Part shown: positions 1 through 12,150 of the stretch, one piece after another
Layout of the letters: every line of letters begins with the position of its first letter
Position numbering within the stretch: position 1 is the first letter of the stretch
Origin: Podospora anserina
Taxonomy: Eukaryota
Reading direction: 5' to 3'
Assembly (NCBI GenBank): GCA_017654855.1
Contig: CM030332.1
Location: 6,014,001 to 6,078,000, forward strand
DNA length: 64,000 bases
The notes under the pieces: model-generated
Told to the model about the DNA's origin: nothing
Databases searched by the model: none
Seen by the model: the letters and a program-made list of their open reading frames with translations, nothing else
Program-made: the position numbers and the translations under genes

Positions 1-212
1 GAAGTAGTATTTGTGAAGCTCCCGACTTAAGGTAGGAGAGTTAGGAGAAAGATATTATCGACAATAATTAGAAATTCTTTAACTCGCTTAGATTCTCAAT
101 TCCAAGTTCAAACTGCCGAACTGTGCATTCTATTTTTTAAAGGGATATGGCAGCATAAGCTCAGAGTCTTATTATGCGCCAACTTATCCCGCCCACCATG
201 ATAGATCAGCTG
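1..212. repeat. Left arm of a long inverted repeat (may extend beyond the window start)
   Basis: Reverse complement of 6668-6879. Six differences (positions 8, 33, 53, 57, 89, 202), all CpA>TpA or TpG>TpA in this copy. Confidence 0.95.
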
Positions 213-258
213 CGGCCTAGCGTGACGTGCCCTTCCTCCACCCCCGGGTGCCCCTGAC

Positions 259-2906
259 TTAGGCTGACACGTCAATAAGATCACCAGTGTCCCCCCCGAT
301 CTTCTCACCAATGTGCATCTTCCACAACTTGGCATACTCGCCATCCTTTGCTATAAGCTTATCGTGAGTACCGCTTTCTATGATTTTACCGTTTGTGCCG
401 AATACGAAGATCAGATCGGCGTGCCTGACGGAGGATAACCGATGCCTGAGACACCAGATAGGGATAATTAGTTGAAGTATATCGAAGTTAGTTGGGGAAG
501 GAGACTTACGTAATAAGTATTACCGTCTTATCGGCAAGCCCTTCCTCGATACTCTGCTTGATACCCGCCTCGGTCTCAGCGTCCAAGGTACTAGTCCCTT
601 CGTTAATAAGCTTGACCTTAGTAGTCTTGTTGAGAAATAGGCGAGAGAGTAGGATACGCTGCCGCTCGCTACCAGAGAAGTTTCTACATCAGACTAGTGG
701 TTAGTAGCCGAAAGTGGCGTTTAAGCCTGTGTTTCGCAGCAATAAAGGTAACCTACTGTCCGTCCTCCCCCATTAACGTGTTATACCCGCCCTTACGAGA
801 GATGATGGTCTCGTGGATGCCTGCCTTGCGGCAGGCCTCATATATCTCTTCATCTGTGGTACCTAGATTCGCGTACTTCATATTATATAAGACCGTACTG
901 TTGAAGATGTATGGATTCTGGGACATTATCGCGATATGGTCGCGTAGTCTAAGAAGTATTTAGTTCAGGTATCTTCATTGAATAAAATGCCGGTAGACTT
1001 ACGAGTCTTTCTTGAGCGTCCTGATATCCTGGTCATCGATGAAGATGGTACCCGCGGTGGGGGTGAGGTTCCCTATCAAGAGGTTACACATCGTAGACTT
1101 CCCTGAGCCGCTCGGCCCAACAAAAGCAACTGTTGAGCCCCCTTCGATCACTATGCTCAGATTATCGATAATCAGCCGGTTCGACCCTGGATAGGAAAAA
1201 GAGACGCCCTGAAACTCTATCTTCCCTGTGTCGTACTTCAGGTTTTGATTACCCTTCTGTGTAGATGGCTCCCATTCTAGGATTCTTCTCAAACGAGCGG
1301 TGTCAAGGAGATCCTCGATCATGTCTGAAACGATAGACGTGAAGTAGTCGATAGGGCTTAAAAGGAAACCCCAAAAGCCGGTGAATGCAACCAGATCACT
1401 AATAGGGCCCTCTCCGGATTAAACCTTATATATAACAAACGTAAAGCAAGTAGTAAACCCAAGGAAGAGTATGGCGGACTGTGTGGCATTAAAACCATAG
1501 CAAATCATCTGATATCGTTGCCGTTGTGATATCCAGGACCTCACGGCTGAGCTAAAAAAACCGGTCTCGTAGTTGGCCTGGTTGTGATTGGACACAGTAC
1601 TCCATCCACGTACGCTACCCTGACGACGACGCTCCTGTTCGTCTCGGAGCGTGTTGCACTTGTCGTGTTCTGCGGCAGCCACCGTCACATATTGTTTTTC
1701 GACGATGCAATAGTAGAGTGCTGTGTGGCTATAGACGAGTACCATGTATAGCCCATACCGGTGGAACATTTGGACTATGGCGACGACGAGGGTTACTAGA
1801 TTCATCTAGAATTCGAAGATAAAGGAGTCGAGTAGCGTGTCAACACTGCCTGCGTTGTCGACAGCCTTAATTACATCTGTCGGTTGGGCTTGCGAGTGAA
1901 ACGAGAAATCTAAGCTTATAATATAGGACTGGACCTTGACTTTAAGCTTCTCGTCGCGGTGGAGACCGACATCGATCCATAGCAGTTTAACGATGAAGGA
2001 GCAGATAGTGTCGGCAAAGTCAATAGTTATTATAACCGCAAGGGGACGCCAAGGGTCGGTACCCGAAGCGAGAGCGTCGAGAAGAAGGGCAGTCTGTAGC
2101 GGCTGATAGACGCTGATGACGCGTCCCGCCATAACGAAGAATAACGTCAGGATAAATCGTAGCTGTAGGAGGGCATTGTCGAATAGCCATATAAATTCGA
2201 GAAAGATACGGAACTTTTTAATGAAGGGCCACCATCCGCCGAGCTCGCCGACTTCCTTCCGTACCTCCATCCGAATTCCAAGGGGATCAGCCTTACAGCC
2301 ATTGCTATCCCACTCGGACTCGTCATCATCGCCGCCGTATCCGGTGCTCTCGGAAGCAGCGTTTTCGATATCGGACTGGGTCAGGCTCTCATATCTCTCG
2401 CAGCAGGCATGATAGAAGAGGGAGGAGAGTGCAATATATGCCAGGAGCTCCATAGCAATAAAAACGATGCCGAATTGCGGGTACGGGAAGAGTGCAGCGG
2501 AAGGTCGCGACCAGAGCCAGATGATGGTAAAGAACTCGACGGTAAAGAGAAGAAACCAGGATCCGAGATAGATATAGGAGACGGAGAATTATACTTTCTC
2601 CAGTGTAGCAAGTTTTTCCAGTTGAATAGCGCTAGTGAAGGCAAAGATACTCATAGAAATTGAGGCGACAGTATCAGGGAGCTCGCCTCGGCTCTGCGCC
2701 TCGATAACGAGTACGGCAATATCGCCGAGGTAGAGCAAGAACAGGGAGACAAGAAGCGGTCGAAAGCCGGACGGGTGTTTGTAGCTTTTAGCGTCCGCGA
2801 CGCTAAAGGACGAAAGAATAGGTGCTGCGAATAAGAGGGTAACGAAGACGGCCGAGGCGCAATAACTCCGGAGGGTGTAAATCCACGGCTCCAGTCCGAC
2901 GGCCAT
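259..2906 (-). pseudogene. HMT1/ABCB6-like half-size ABC transporter, RIP-inactivated
   Basis: ORFs 2589-2933, 1806-2453, 1419-1805 and 999-1322 lie in one frame broken by TAA/TAG stops. N-terminal TM extension, TMD, Walker A GPSGSGKS, degenerate signature FSGSERQR, degenerate Walker B LINEGTSTLD and HRLSSV..AD tail. Three introns in the NBD. Confidence 0.85.
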
Positions 2907-4826
2907 GTCGATTGGTGTTTCTCGGTGAAGCAAGCAGCTGGAATGGACTCGGCGTCGTCAGAAGGACTAGGACGAAAAAATGAGAGAGTAGGAAACGCAC
3001 ATAGGGGCAAGGGAGGCGCAATTGTCGACGTTCTTATTGATGGATAAAGGCACCAACACAGTACCTGCCAGCAGAATTTGGCGCGTCCTGTCACACATGG
3101 TATCCTGGTCTAAAAACATGCTCCAGCCCCCCATGCCCTGGAAACACGATCCAACCTCCTGTTTCCTCCAAACAGATCCCAGTATCGTTAGGCGGATTTT
3201 TGTCGAACGGTCCAATGGATGGCTCTTCGGGCGCTGGCTCTTCGAAATCGCCAAGCAGGCTCATCGCTCCAAAGGCTTATTTGTCCAGGCCACCGGGTTA
3301 CCGTAAGTACTGCCCCTCTGATCAGACTTAGGTTGACACTAACATGTGGGATTCAGTCATGCCAATCCATGTGATGAGTGCGATCAGAGCTATCGCCGGT
3401 CTTTCGTGACGTTCCTCGATGGAACCAAGACTAAGGTGATGTGGCCATACTTCGGTTGTGTGGGACCTGCCTGCTTGTGGCATGGAGGTGCCGCGACGGG
3501 GATAGACTCCCATGAATGCATAAGCCTGTAGCACTGATCAGAAAGTCTGGGAGGTACCTTTCCTATAGAAGTTGCAGGAAAAGTGACTTCGAATGTGGCT
3601 GCCACCGATCAACATTTTTAATTGGCGTAGTTTTATAGTTACCCCTTTCACAGCCCCATTCTCCCCCGTCCATTTCCCCCCGCCCATTTTCCCTCGCCCA
3701 TTTTCCCTCGCCCATATGTACTTCTTCAAGATCATTAATGTATCCAGCCCGCTGAGAATCACGGTGTTTGAGGCGCAGGCTGTCACTGTGCGAGACCGCC
3801 ACAAGCTGCTTTGGGTTTGGATACCTGCTGGTGACTTTTCGGCTTCGACACAGGTATCCAAGGGTATGCAAATTAAAGTCATGCAACCATTTGGAAGCAG
3901 TATTTGGAGGATATGCGCCTTAGTTGAAGTGAATTGGCCGGCGATCAGTTTCCTTGCATCTACGTTTTCGATTCGAACGGGTTGGGTGTAACGGAGGAAG
4001 AAAGTCTCAAGCTTTTATAGGTAGACAGTCAATTTATCAGGAACATCATATGCCGCAAAACATGCAACATACTGTTACCAACCGCCTTATTTAGGCGTGT
4101 AGCGGGTGGCTCTCTAGATAATAGTGATTGGTTAGATCACTGGGTGCCAGCTTTCACCGTGGTTGCTGTGGGATGTTGCCGCAAGGCCGGCCCGACCTTA
4201 TGGATAAAAACATCAGTTGGAATTGTATAGCTTGACAAACTTGCGTTATCCGATTTTGTTTTCTTAGGACCGTCACAACGACGGATCCGGTGATCGCCTT
4301 TGTAGCTGGCCGTCAAAGGAAAACACAGACCCCTTCCGGTTGCAGTTGTTGCGATGCTCATAAATAGCCCCGGGGCCTTCCTTCGAGCAGAAGGAGACCA
4401 CATTCCAATTGTTCTTCTTACATACCCTCTACATGAGAGACCACATCATCTTGATTGTGACGACTCCTTGTTCAAACCCCTTTAACGTTGCGATCCTGGT
4501 GCTACCTAGCCGAAGGCCAGCGTTACAACCTTCCTCTCCTCATTCGAGCAGTCGCAAATACGAATCGAGCAACAGATTACGGCATTAAAAAACTCGGATG
4601 ATAGGTCGCCGAAAGGATGAGACAATGAACCAGGGATGCAGCTGCTAATAATTGTTAGGTCAGAGGCACTACACGACGACAGACGAAGAGGCAGGCCTGA
4701 AATCTTCGACGCAAATCGCTATCCACTCCTTATTCTTAAAACAAACCACCTCAGATTTATGCGACTTCGGCATCCCCCTCCCCTCTCTCAGGGGCGTATT
4801 AGGAAGTTCTGAGGTCTTTCTATCTG

Positions 4827-5766
4827 CTAAAAGGAAAAACTCTCCCAACCCTGCGCCGTGTCCATAGCCGTCGATTCTGCTAGAGTATCTCTAGACGATG
4901 AGGTTGTTGGGTTGATATGTAACAGAAGGGAGGGAGAAACCCAACCCGCATAGACCAAACCTCCGCCTAACTGCTCGTCAGCTTGCAACTCAGATCCAAG
5001 CTTGCTCTTAATGAGGTTGTGTGCCGCGAGTGGCTGAAATCTATCTTCTCGCAGCCCGCAGCCTGTCCCATTGGTTATTTGAGCACCACTATCGAAACCA
5101 TTGATGTGGTCCGCTCTCGGAGTTCCTAAGTCGTAGTCCATTCCCGGGGGTATCTGTCCGCCTATCATCATTATTGTATTCTCCATCTTACTAGCGGTTA
5201 TACTATTAGACGTAAACTTTGAGGCTTGATTGTAGAGGCTGTTTGTACCCCTGAAAGCCGCGAAAGTAGGATTTCGGAAGTTCAAGTCTGATAGGCGGAA
5301 GAGTAGAATCGTTAGTTTATTTATTATCTCTCGGTATATCCCGGTTATAGTAAGGCGGAACAGGGGAACTTTAGCTGTATATAACCTACCCTGTTGATTC
5401 CATATCGCTTGGATCTTTGTTTGTGAAGGCGGCTGTTGCCTTAGAAAAGTGTTCTTGAAAACGGTGTTTTGAGCGTGCTGTTTTCTGCGGAAGGAGAAGA
5501 TAAAGATACGTTAGCCTTGTAATAAGGGAATAAAAAGAGGTTTGAAGGTACCTTGTCCTCCTTTTGCTCGTTGGGATCCGGCACTGCGCTTTAAAATAAT
5601 GACAGTTCGTACACGGCATTTTCGTGGTAGCGTTACACCGGACCTTGCGACGCCGGCATTCTTCGCAAGCCCTCACAGCACGGTGTTTCTTCCCGCTGTT
5701 ACCGGCAGCTGGCTGGCTACTGCGCTCCGGCTTCAAAGCTGAGCCGAACGATGATTGACGCTGCAT
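4827..5766 (-). pseudogene. Zn(II)2Cys6 transcription factor N-terminal remnant (CTF1-like)
   Basis: RACEECRRRKVRCNATTKMPCTNCHYFKAQC binuclear cluster, then an intron and in-frame stops. No fungal TF middle homology region visible. Confidence 0.7.
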
Positions 5767-6131
5767 ATTTTCGGCTTCGGTGGGACTGCTCTGTGCTCTT
5801 TTTGAGTAAGGAGTAAAATTCGAGAGCTTTAAGAAAGGAGCAGAAAGTGCCTTAATATAGTTATCACGCCAACTAGGATCAGCTCTTAGCGTTTAATAAT
5901 TCGGGCCTCCCGGCGGCGAAGTCTGACCCCTGGAAGATACGGAGACATTGTGGATGAACGCTTTAGCTCGGTCCTATTGCAGGATTCATAAGATCCTGCC
6001 GTCGGCTACGCCGGGTATCAGTTATCTTGCGACATTGGGGTCGAGATGGGTTATTCAAGTACTGGGATTGAGGGCGCCGGCCAGCGCCCGAGGCAACCCA
6101 GTTTGATGTCTGGGTTAAATCGAGGTTCCAT

Positions 6132-6642
6132 ATGCTCGATCCAAGCAATACAGAGCTCGATCGCTATCTCCAACTAGACCCAGCGCAGCTTCAAGGGGTT
6201 CAGGATCCCCTACAGTGGTGGGTTTTGCAGCGTTCGGCTTTCCCGACCCTCAGCCAGTTAGCCCTGGATATCCTGGCCATCCCAGCGATGTCACCCGACT
6301 GCGAACGGGCTTTTAACCTCGCCAAACTAACGTTGACAACCCAACGACTTTCCATGGCCCCCAGAACGCTTGAGCACACCCAGTGTCTCAAGAACTGGCT
6401 ACAGAGGGGCTCAATACGCCTTGGAGGCTTCCAATTCACCACTGATGTGATTGAGGGGGATCTGGGGCTCTCTAGCGCTGCGGGAACGCCAAGCTGGCGT
6501 AGTGTAAGGGTAAGTACGTTGTCCTGGATCTCGCGACAGCTTTAGGTCTGACACGACCCAGATATAGCAGGTAGCTGGATGACCAGGAAATGGACCACAT
6601 GTGGATCTGGTCCACCACCACCACACCAGCCACACAACCTTG
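6132..6642 (+). mobile_element. hAT transposon 3' remnant (C-terminal dimerisation domain)
   Basis: ELDRYL..DPLQWW..FPTLSQLALDILAIPAMSPDCERAFN..CLKNW motif in ORF 6132-6545. Catalytic region absent. Possible right terminus near 6642 is tentative. Confidence 0.85.
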
Positions 6643-6667
6643 TTGAGATTACCCCTGAATGCTCACA

Positions 6668-6879
6668 CAGCTGATCTGTCATGGTGGGCGGGATAAGTTG
6701 GCGCATAATAAGACTCTGAGCTTATGCTGCCATATCCCTTTAAAAAATAGAATGCACAGTTCGGCAGTTTGAACTTGGAATTGAGAATCTGAGCGAGTTA
6801 AAGAATTTCTAATTATTGTCGACAATGTCTTTCTCCTAACTCTCCTGCCTTAAGTCGGGAGCTTCACAAATGCTACTTC
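6668..6879. repeat. Right arm of long inverted repeat (un-RIPed copy)
   Basis: Reverse complement of 1-212. It could extend rightwards, but the partner lies outside the window. Confidence 0.95.
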
Positions 6880-7959
6880 CAAATATATAAAATGCAAGGG
6901 ACGGAAGTGGTCAAGACCGTGGTCCAAGGAACCAGGAGCGGCTAAGGCACACCCATGGGGACCCTAAGCCTGTGTTGAGGTTGACAATGAAGACGACGCT
7001 CTGAAGCAAGCTGCGCTATGTAGTTATCTACATACCGATGTCTTCTGGAGCAATCGTTGTCTACGGCGAGGGGATATTGAAGATAGAAGAGGGAAACTGA
7101 ACTTCCGGATGATTTGTTAGGTGTATAGGTTGGGATTAAGTACATAAATGAGAAATAGGAGAATAGCTTTGAAGGAAATATTGATACATTGTAGTCTTTA
7201 GAGACAATGGTAATACCACCATAACCGTCCGCAAAAATAGAAATGAGAGATGGACGACCCCTAAGTAATTCCGTAACCTGAGACCCCCTTTCAAGTGACA
7301 GCGCTAACATAACAATACGAAAGCACACCCCTATAGTAGGGCAGGGGGGGTGGGTTTCATGTTTCTTTTCACCGTTGTGCGAGGTTGGGCAGTGACAGTC
7401 GCATTGTATCCAATCCGTTGTATGGATAGTAAGTTGGAAAAGTCCTCGGTCGGGTGCTTGGTATTCACTGGAAGATTGAGCATTGATTGAGGAGCGAGAA
7501 CGACTCGGTCCGGCCGAATGTTCAAGTGTTATATGGTTGACGGACCCGTTGTGCCGGGATGTGGGCCCTGGGACTCTGAGACCGATTCGGCAGAGCTATA
7601 TCCGGCAGAGCCATCGAGGAAACGTCTAAGAAGCGGCACCGATAATGAATCCCCAGAAGTGGCCTCATGGCAGTGTTAGGTGGTGCACTCACTTTACTCC
7701 CGTCCCTTATCAGATTCTAGGTTGGAGGTTGCTTGTTTGCTAGGTGACCGCTCAAGCCAACCTCGCTATTAATTACTGCGACAGCAACAGGTTGGAAAGC
7801 CCCTCCCTAACCAACGGGCAACGGGGGTGAAGCACTTAATTCGTTTCGTCTTTAGAAAGGAGAGTCGCGGAGGGCCCAGGCATAAGCAATTTGCGAGCCT
7901 GGGACTGCAATGCGCTGAAGTTTTTGGGCTTGTCTTATTCGATTGAACAAATCGTGAAG

Positions 7960-8703
7960 ATGGGGGATGCAGAGTTTGAGCTTCTTCGAACACGTGGTCC
8001 GAAATTCTTCCATTGCCGTGAGCTTTCCCGCCTTCTTTATCGCCCCGATGTCGACAAAGCCGTTGATGCCATGGTCAACGATCCCGATGACTCATACGAC
8101 AAATTCATGGAAGGTACTGAACAAGGCAACTTGAAACAGGCCAGACGCTAACTGGGCCAGATCATACAACCACTCGGCTACAGATGCGCAAGCGGAAATT
8201 CGATGCTGTTGAAGGTGATGGCGCAGCAGACAACCAGGCTGCAACGTGCGATAAGGCGGGGCCAAGTCAGGGTACGTTACCTCTCTCCGCTATACGATAG
8301 AGAGCTAACAGCAAAAGCGTCGACAGAGAAAAAGGCGGCAACGAAACTGTATGAGGGAAATGTCTTTATGGTCAGCAAAGATGACACTCAATATGCAGTG
8401 TCCAACGTTGATTATGTTGGGGAAATATGGTTGACAAATTCAGGAGAGGATTACGAAGCTTACGATAAGAAGAAAAGGTCGTTCCTCACGCTTTGGCTTT
8501 CGAGTAAAATGGGCGAAGAGTTAGCCAAACGGAGCAAGCCAACTAATCACTTAAATGACTGGACTACACTACACACCCAAACGGAGAATACTCTGCTGTT
8601 CAAGCGCGTGTTTGACATCATCAAAAGCTTCAAACTTTGGATGAAGTGCGCCTGCGTTAAAAACATCATGCCCGTTGGCATGTCGAGCATGCGTCTCATT
8701 TGA
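7960..8703 (+). pseudogene. Hypothetical protein with in-frame stop
   Basis: ORFs 7891-8151 and 8203-8703 share a frame and are separated by one TAA (8149-8151), consistent with CAA>TAA. No domain recognised. Confidence 0.45.
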
Positions 8704-10213
8704 CTTACATACGCGCGGCTCCCCATTCTTAATTTCAAACTTCCAGCCCGTCTGCCTTGAGGATCTCCGGTTGTTGCGAATCGTCCGGAAGTCGGTTATA
8801 ACTAGGGAGGTTAGTTGCGGTTGTCAGAACTTCATGAAGATTGTAATACTGTACATGTTGCGGCTCTTCTCCAGGTCTTCCTCCCTCAAGGCCTTGTTAA
8901 GGCCAGGAACTCCCGCACTATAAGCCATAGATCGTACTGACTTTGCAGGCGGTGATGGTCTGCAGCTTACATATCAGCGCCTGATAGTTTATGCCGCAAA
9001 GCAGTCGTGTATCAGGACTACGACGAGCACGAAAAGGGATGGTTTGGGAAAGATAGAACTGGTCAATGATGGCCGCGATTCGGCAGTTATACACGTCAGC
9101 GGTGTGGAAAAGAACGACAAACATCTATCTAATTGATCAAACCGTCCCACCAAGATGCTTTAAGCTAAGGTCATCGGATCAGTATTTCGCGCACGTTCGA
9201 ATATGCCGCAGCATGTGACAGCCACGCCTACAGTGGTACAGCTGTGCAGTCGAGAGTGGAGTTGTGGCACATGAGGTAGCTCGCCCGCTGGATGTGACAC
9301 GGAATAAAAAGCCGGCGACGTTAGGCAGAAGCCCTCGGATCGCTAGGCATCCTGGCCCGATGTTGGCCTTGGAAGAATTAGTTTCCGGCGAAGAAAATAA
9401 GCGATTTGGCCCCCGTCGATCGTTTCAATATCCTACCGGGGGAAAGTCGAGACCACTGGCGAGGTGGGAGAAAATCGGGGTCGCTAACGCGGTGAGTGAT
9501 AATCGAGGCCTCTGACAGGGTGGGTGAAAATCGGGGTTACTGGCGTGGTGACAGTTTCTCCGCCATCTCTACAAAACACCATCCAAACTTGGAAAGCCCC
9601 CCAGGGTGGCACACGGCCATATTATAGTGCCCCGCAAGCTACAGATGTACCCAAATATGGACCACCGCCACACTCTCAAAGTGGGTAAAGGTGGCAAAGT
9701 TAAATGAGTGCTCCATCGAGGCAAGTTCCAGCCTCATGGCTGAGGCCTCTGGAACGAGTTGCTATCTACGGGGGATAATGTCATAACCTTGCCAGCTCAC
9801 AGCCGCACTACCTCGATGAAGTTGGTACAGTAATTCTTAGAGAAGTATAAAGCTTCTAAGCTCCCGGACGCCAATTTCGCTCCTAGCTGTAAGATAGGAG
9901 CCATAGCTAGCGCTTTACATTTTTATGAAAACACTACGTAATAAAAACAGTAAACATACAGCAGTAGGTTATACTCCTGAGCAACTGGCAGCCACTTCTG
10001 TCGCGCATATGCGTACGGTGACTAGCTTGGAATAACCTAGACATCGATTGCAGCGGTATTTGGTGTAGAGCGTATCTATGAGTGCCTAAAGCGGCGTATA
10101 TGGTTTGAGTTTATATTTAAGCTGCCTGATATATCGGAGCCAGAAACCGCTCTGATTTAACATTTCTATAAGGTAAGACCCCCCATTCTTTTCGTCTCAT
10201 CCAGACACTCAAG

Positions 10214-11221
10214 GTGGGGTCCGCAAAGCCAGTCAATAAAGATGCAGTTGCAAAGCCAAAAACAGATGCAGTTACAAAGCCAAAAACAGCAGCTACAAAG
10301 GCTACCAACCAGGTAGAACATGCCGCAAAATTGAAGGCCCTCCAGGAGATACTAAAGATGCAAACGAATGAGGATATGGCTAAGGAACTCGACGAGCTAC
10401 AGAACGAAGTAACAATGGACGACGTGGTTTATGAATAAGAGAATCCAGTCAAGCAAGAGGATAATGATACGACAGGCAAAGAGCCAGCTTCGCCTATTCT
10501 TGTGACCGGGCAGCGCGATCCGTTCACGCCCAGCCCTAAAGACCCTAATGAAGACCCGGACGACGTTCTCCGTCCGTCCCAACAGTTAGAGATGCTGTCT
10601 TCGGCTGCTAAAAACCCCCTCGACGAAAATTCCGAATATATTGGCTGGTTAAAAGGTAGCTTTGGCCACAAATTCGTCATCGTGCAACATGGGCCAAAAA
10701 ATTCTGCGATGTTCCGGGTCACGCCAGGAAGCGAAGTCGATTCGGGCATTACAGATAACGGCAACATGAACCTCGCAAGAGGTAGGTATGCCCACGTGCA
10801 ACTGGACGATAAATATGTGTACGACATTGTTGCAATCCAAGCAGTAGTGTGGAATTTCCCTAGCGACCATTCATGCCCGATGGTATTACTGAACCCCAAC
10901 AGATGGCCCATGAAGAACCGTAGGAGGGTGGCACCATTCACGCAAATAAAAGTCAAATTGAAAAATGGTGAGCGTGAGGTTGTAAGTTGGGAGACGAGGA
11001 CATCGGTTCGGCGGCTATGGGGTAGCAAAGTCACAACTTTGGCGCATGATTTTATGTGGGGTGAAGTTATTGTAGCCCATAAGGGCGAAAAAATGAAGCG
11101 AGCGGACCTTGCTATCATGACCGTAGCAAAGGTACTCGAAGAACGATATATAGGTCGTGGTGGATCTTTAGCCTCACATATCTTTTGCCAGAGTGTGTGG
11201 AAGATGGATGCCATGTCTTAA
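10214..11221 (+). pseudogene. Hypothetical protein with in-frame stop
   Basis: ORFs 10214-10438 and 10502-11221 share a frame with a single TAA at 10436-10438. Globular-looking C-terminal half (IGWLKGSFG..VIVQHGP..SWETRTSVRRLWG). True start probably further upstream in RIPed sequence. Confidence 0.55.
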
Positions 11222-11595
11222 CCAAGTACCAGACCGAACAAAGTGAAAAAAAGCGATAAACATATTTTCTCCAACGCTTTCTTCGTGTTCGGGTTTAACT
11301 GCCTCTAAACCGTTGAATGCTGAACATAGAGATAGCAAGGAATAGAGTATTTGGTGGTTGTATTGGCAGGCATCGTTAACGAGCGATAGTTTGCATTTAA
11401 TATAGAGCTAGCTAGGAAAGAATCTAGTAATGTGATTTCAGTGAAGGGAAGGACATGGGACTAGAAGGCAAACAAAAGCCAAAGAGCTATAAACTACGCA
11501 GCAAAGCAAACGAAAAATGAGATACCTCAACCTGATATCGTCTTAGGGAACTTTACTAATCTTCTTCCTCTTCTTCTTCCTCTTCCTCTTCCTCC

Positions 11596-11947
11596 TGTTG
11601 GAGGGCTTTCAAGGCTGGCACAGCTGATGGAGACCTACTCTCACCGACACGCTCTCCTTGCTGCCACTTAATTGACGGCTGAATTTCCAGAAGCGTCTGA
11701 AATTCGACCCTCTCCGGCTGCCCCGGCAGCCGGGTGAAGTTGCATTTGTTGTATAGACTGCAGAGGATGGGACATTCCTGTCTTTGGTAGATTAGATGAA
11801 GTGGGTGGCCACGCGGGCGTGCAGGTCAATAAGTGGCTGCTTGCAGCTCTCACTGCAAGCTTCTACACAGAACAATCAACAATCAACTTTTAGCATCATC
11901 ACGCAGCACCACCTTAATAATACTACCACTCAATACTTGGAATAACA
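11596..11947. mobile_element. Putative solo LTR of a different family (TGTT...AACA, 352 bp)
   Basis: Terminal TGTTG and ATAACA, LTR-like length, sits next to other LTR debris. No clean TSD. Confidence 0.35.
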
Positions 11948-12130
11948 TCCTTTTCTCATTCCCTGTATTATTAGTGATCTTTGTTGTGTACCTTTTGGTT
12001 ACACCGAACCGTTATTCAGAAGCAGCCTTCAACCCAGTATCCCCCTCAAAGGTTCTGATCAGGGGTTCGTCACACTCAACCCTGACCCTGCATCCTGTGT
12101 AATCCTGTCCTTCACCACCCAGCCGTGACA
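11948..12130. mobile_element. Nested LTR fragments: diverged 3' half (+, ends CGTCACA at 12074) and a reversed LTR 5' end (12075-12130)
   Basis: About 11970-12074 aligns by eye to the conserved 3' half of the LTR ending at 19852. 12130 leftwards reads TGTCACGG on the minus strand, like the other LTR starts. Confidence 0.7.
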
Positions 12131-12150
12131 CCTATGATCCCTCCTTGGGA

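Noticed and set aside
3655-3715. Short CCCATTTTCCC tandem repeats
   Set aside because: Low-complexity only; no partner terminus or TSD found.
10429-11214. Long antisense ORFs (for example 10429-11214, 51765-52472, 57682-58263)
   Set aside because: Shadow or alternative frames of better-supported coding regions.
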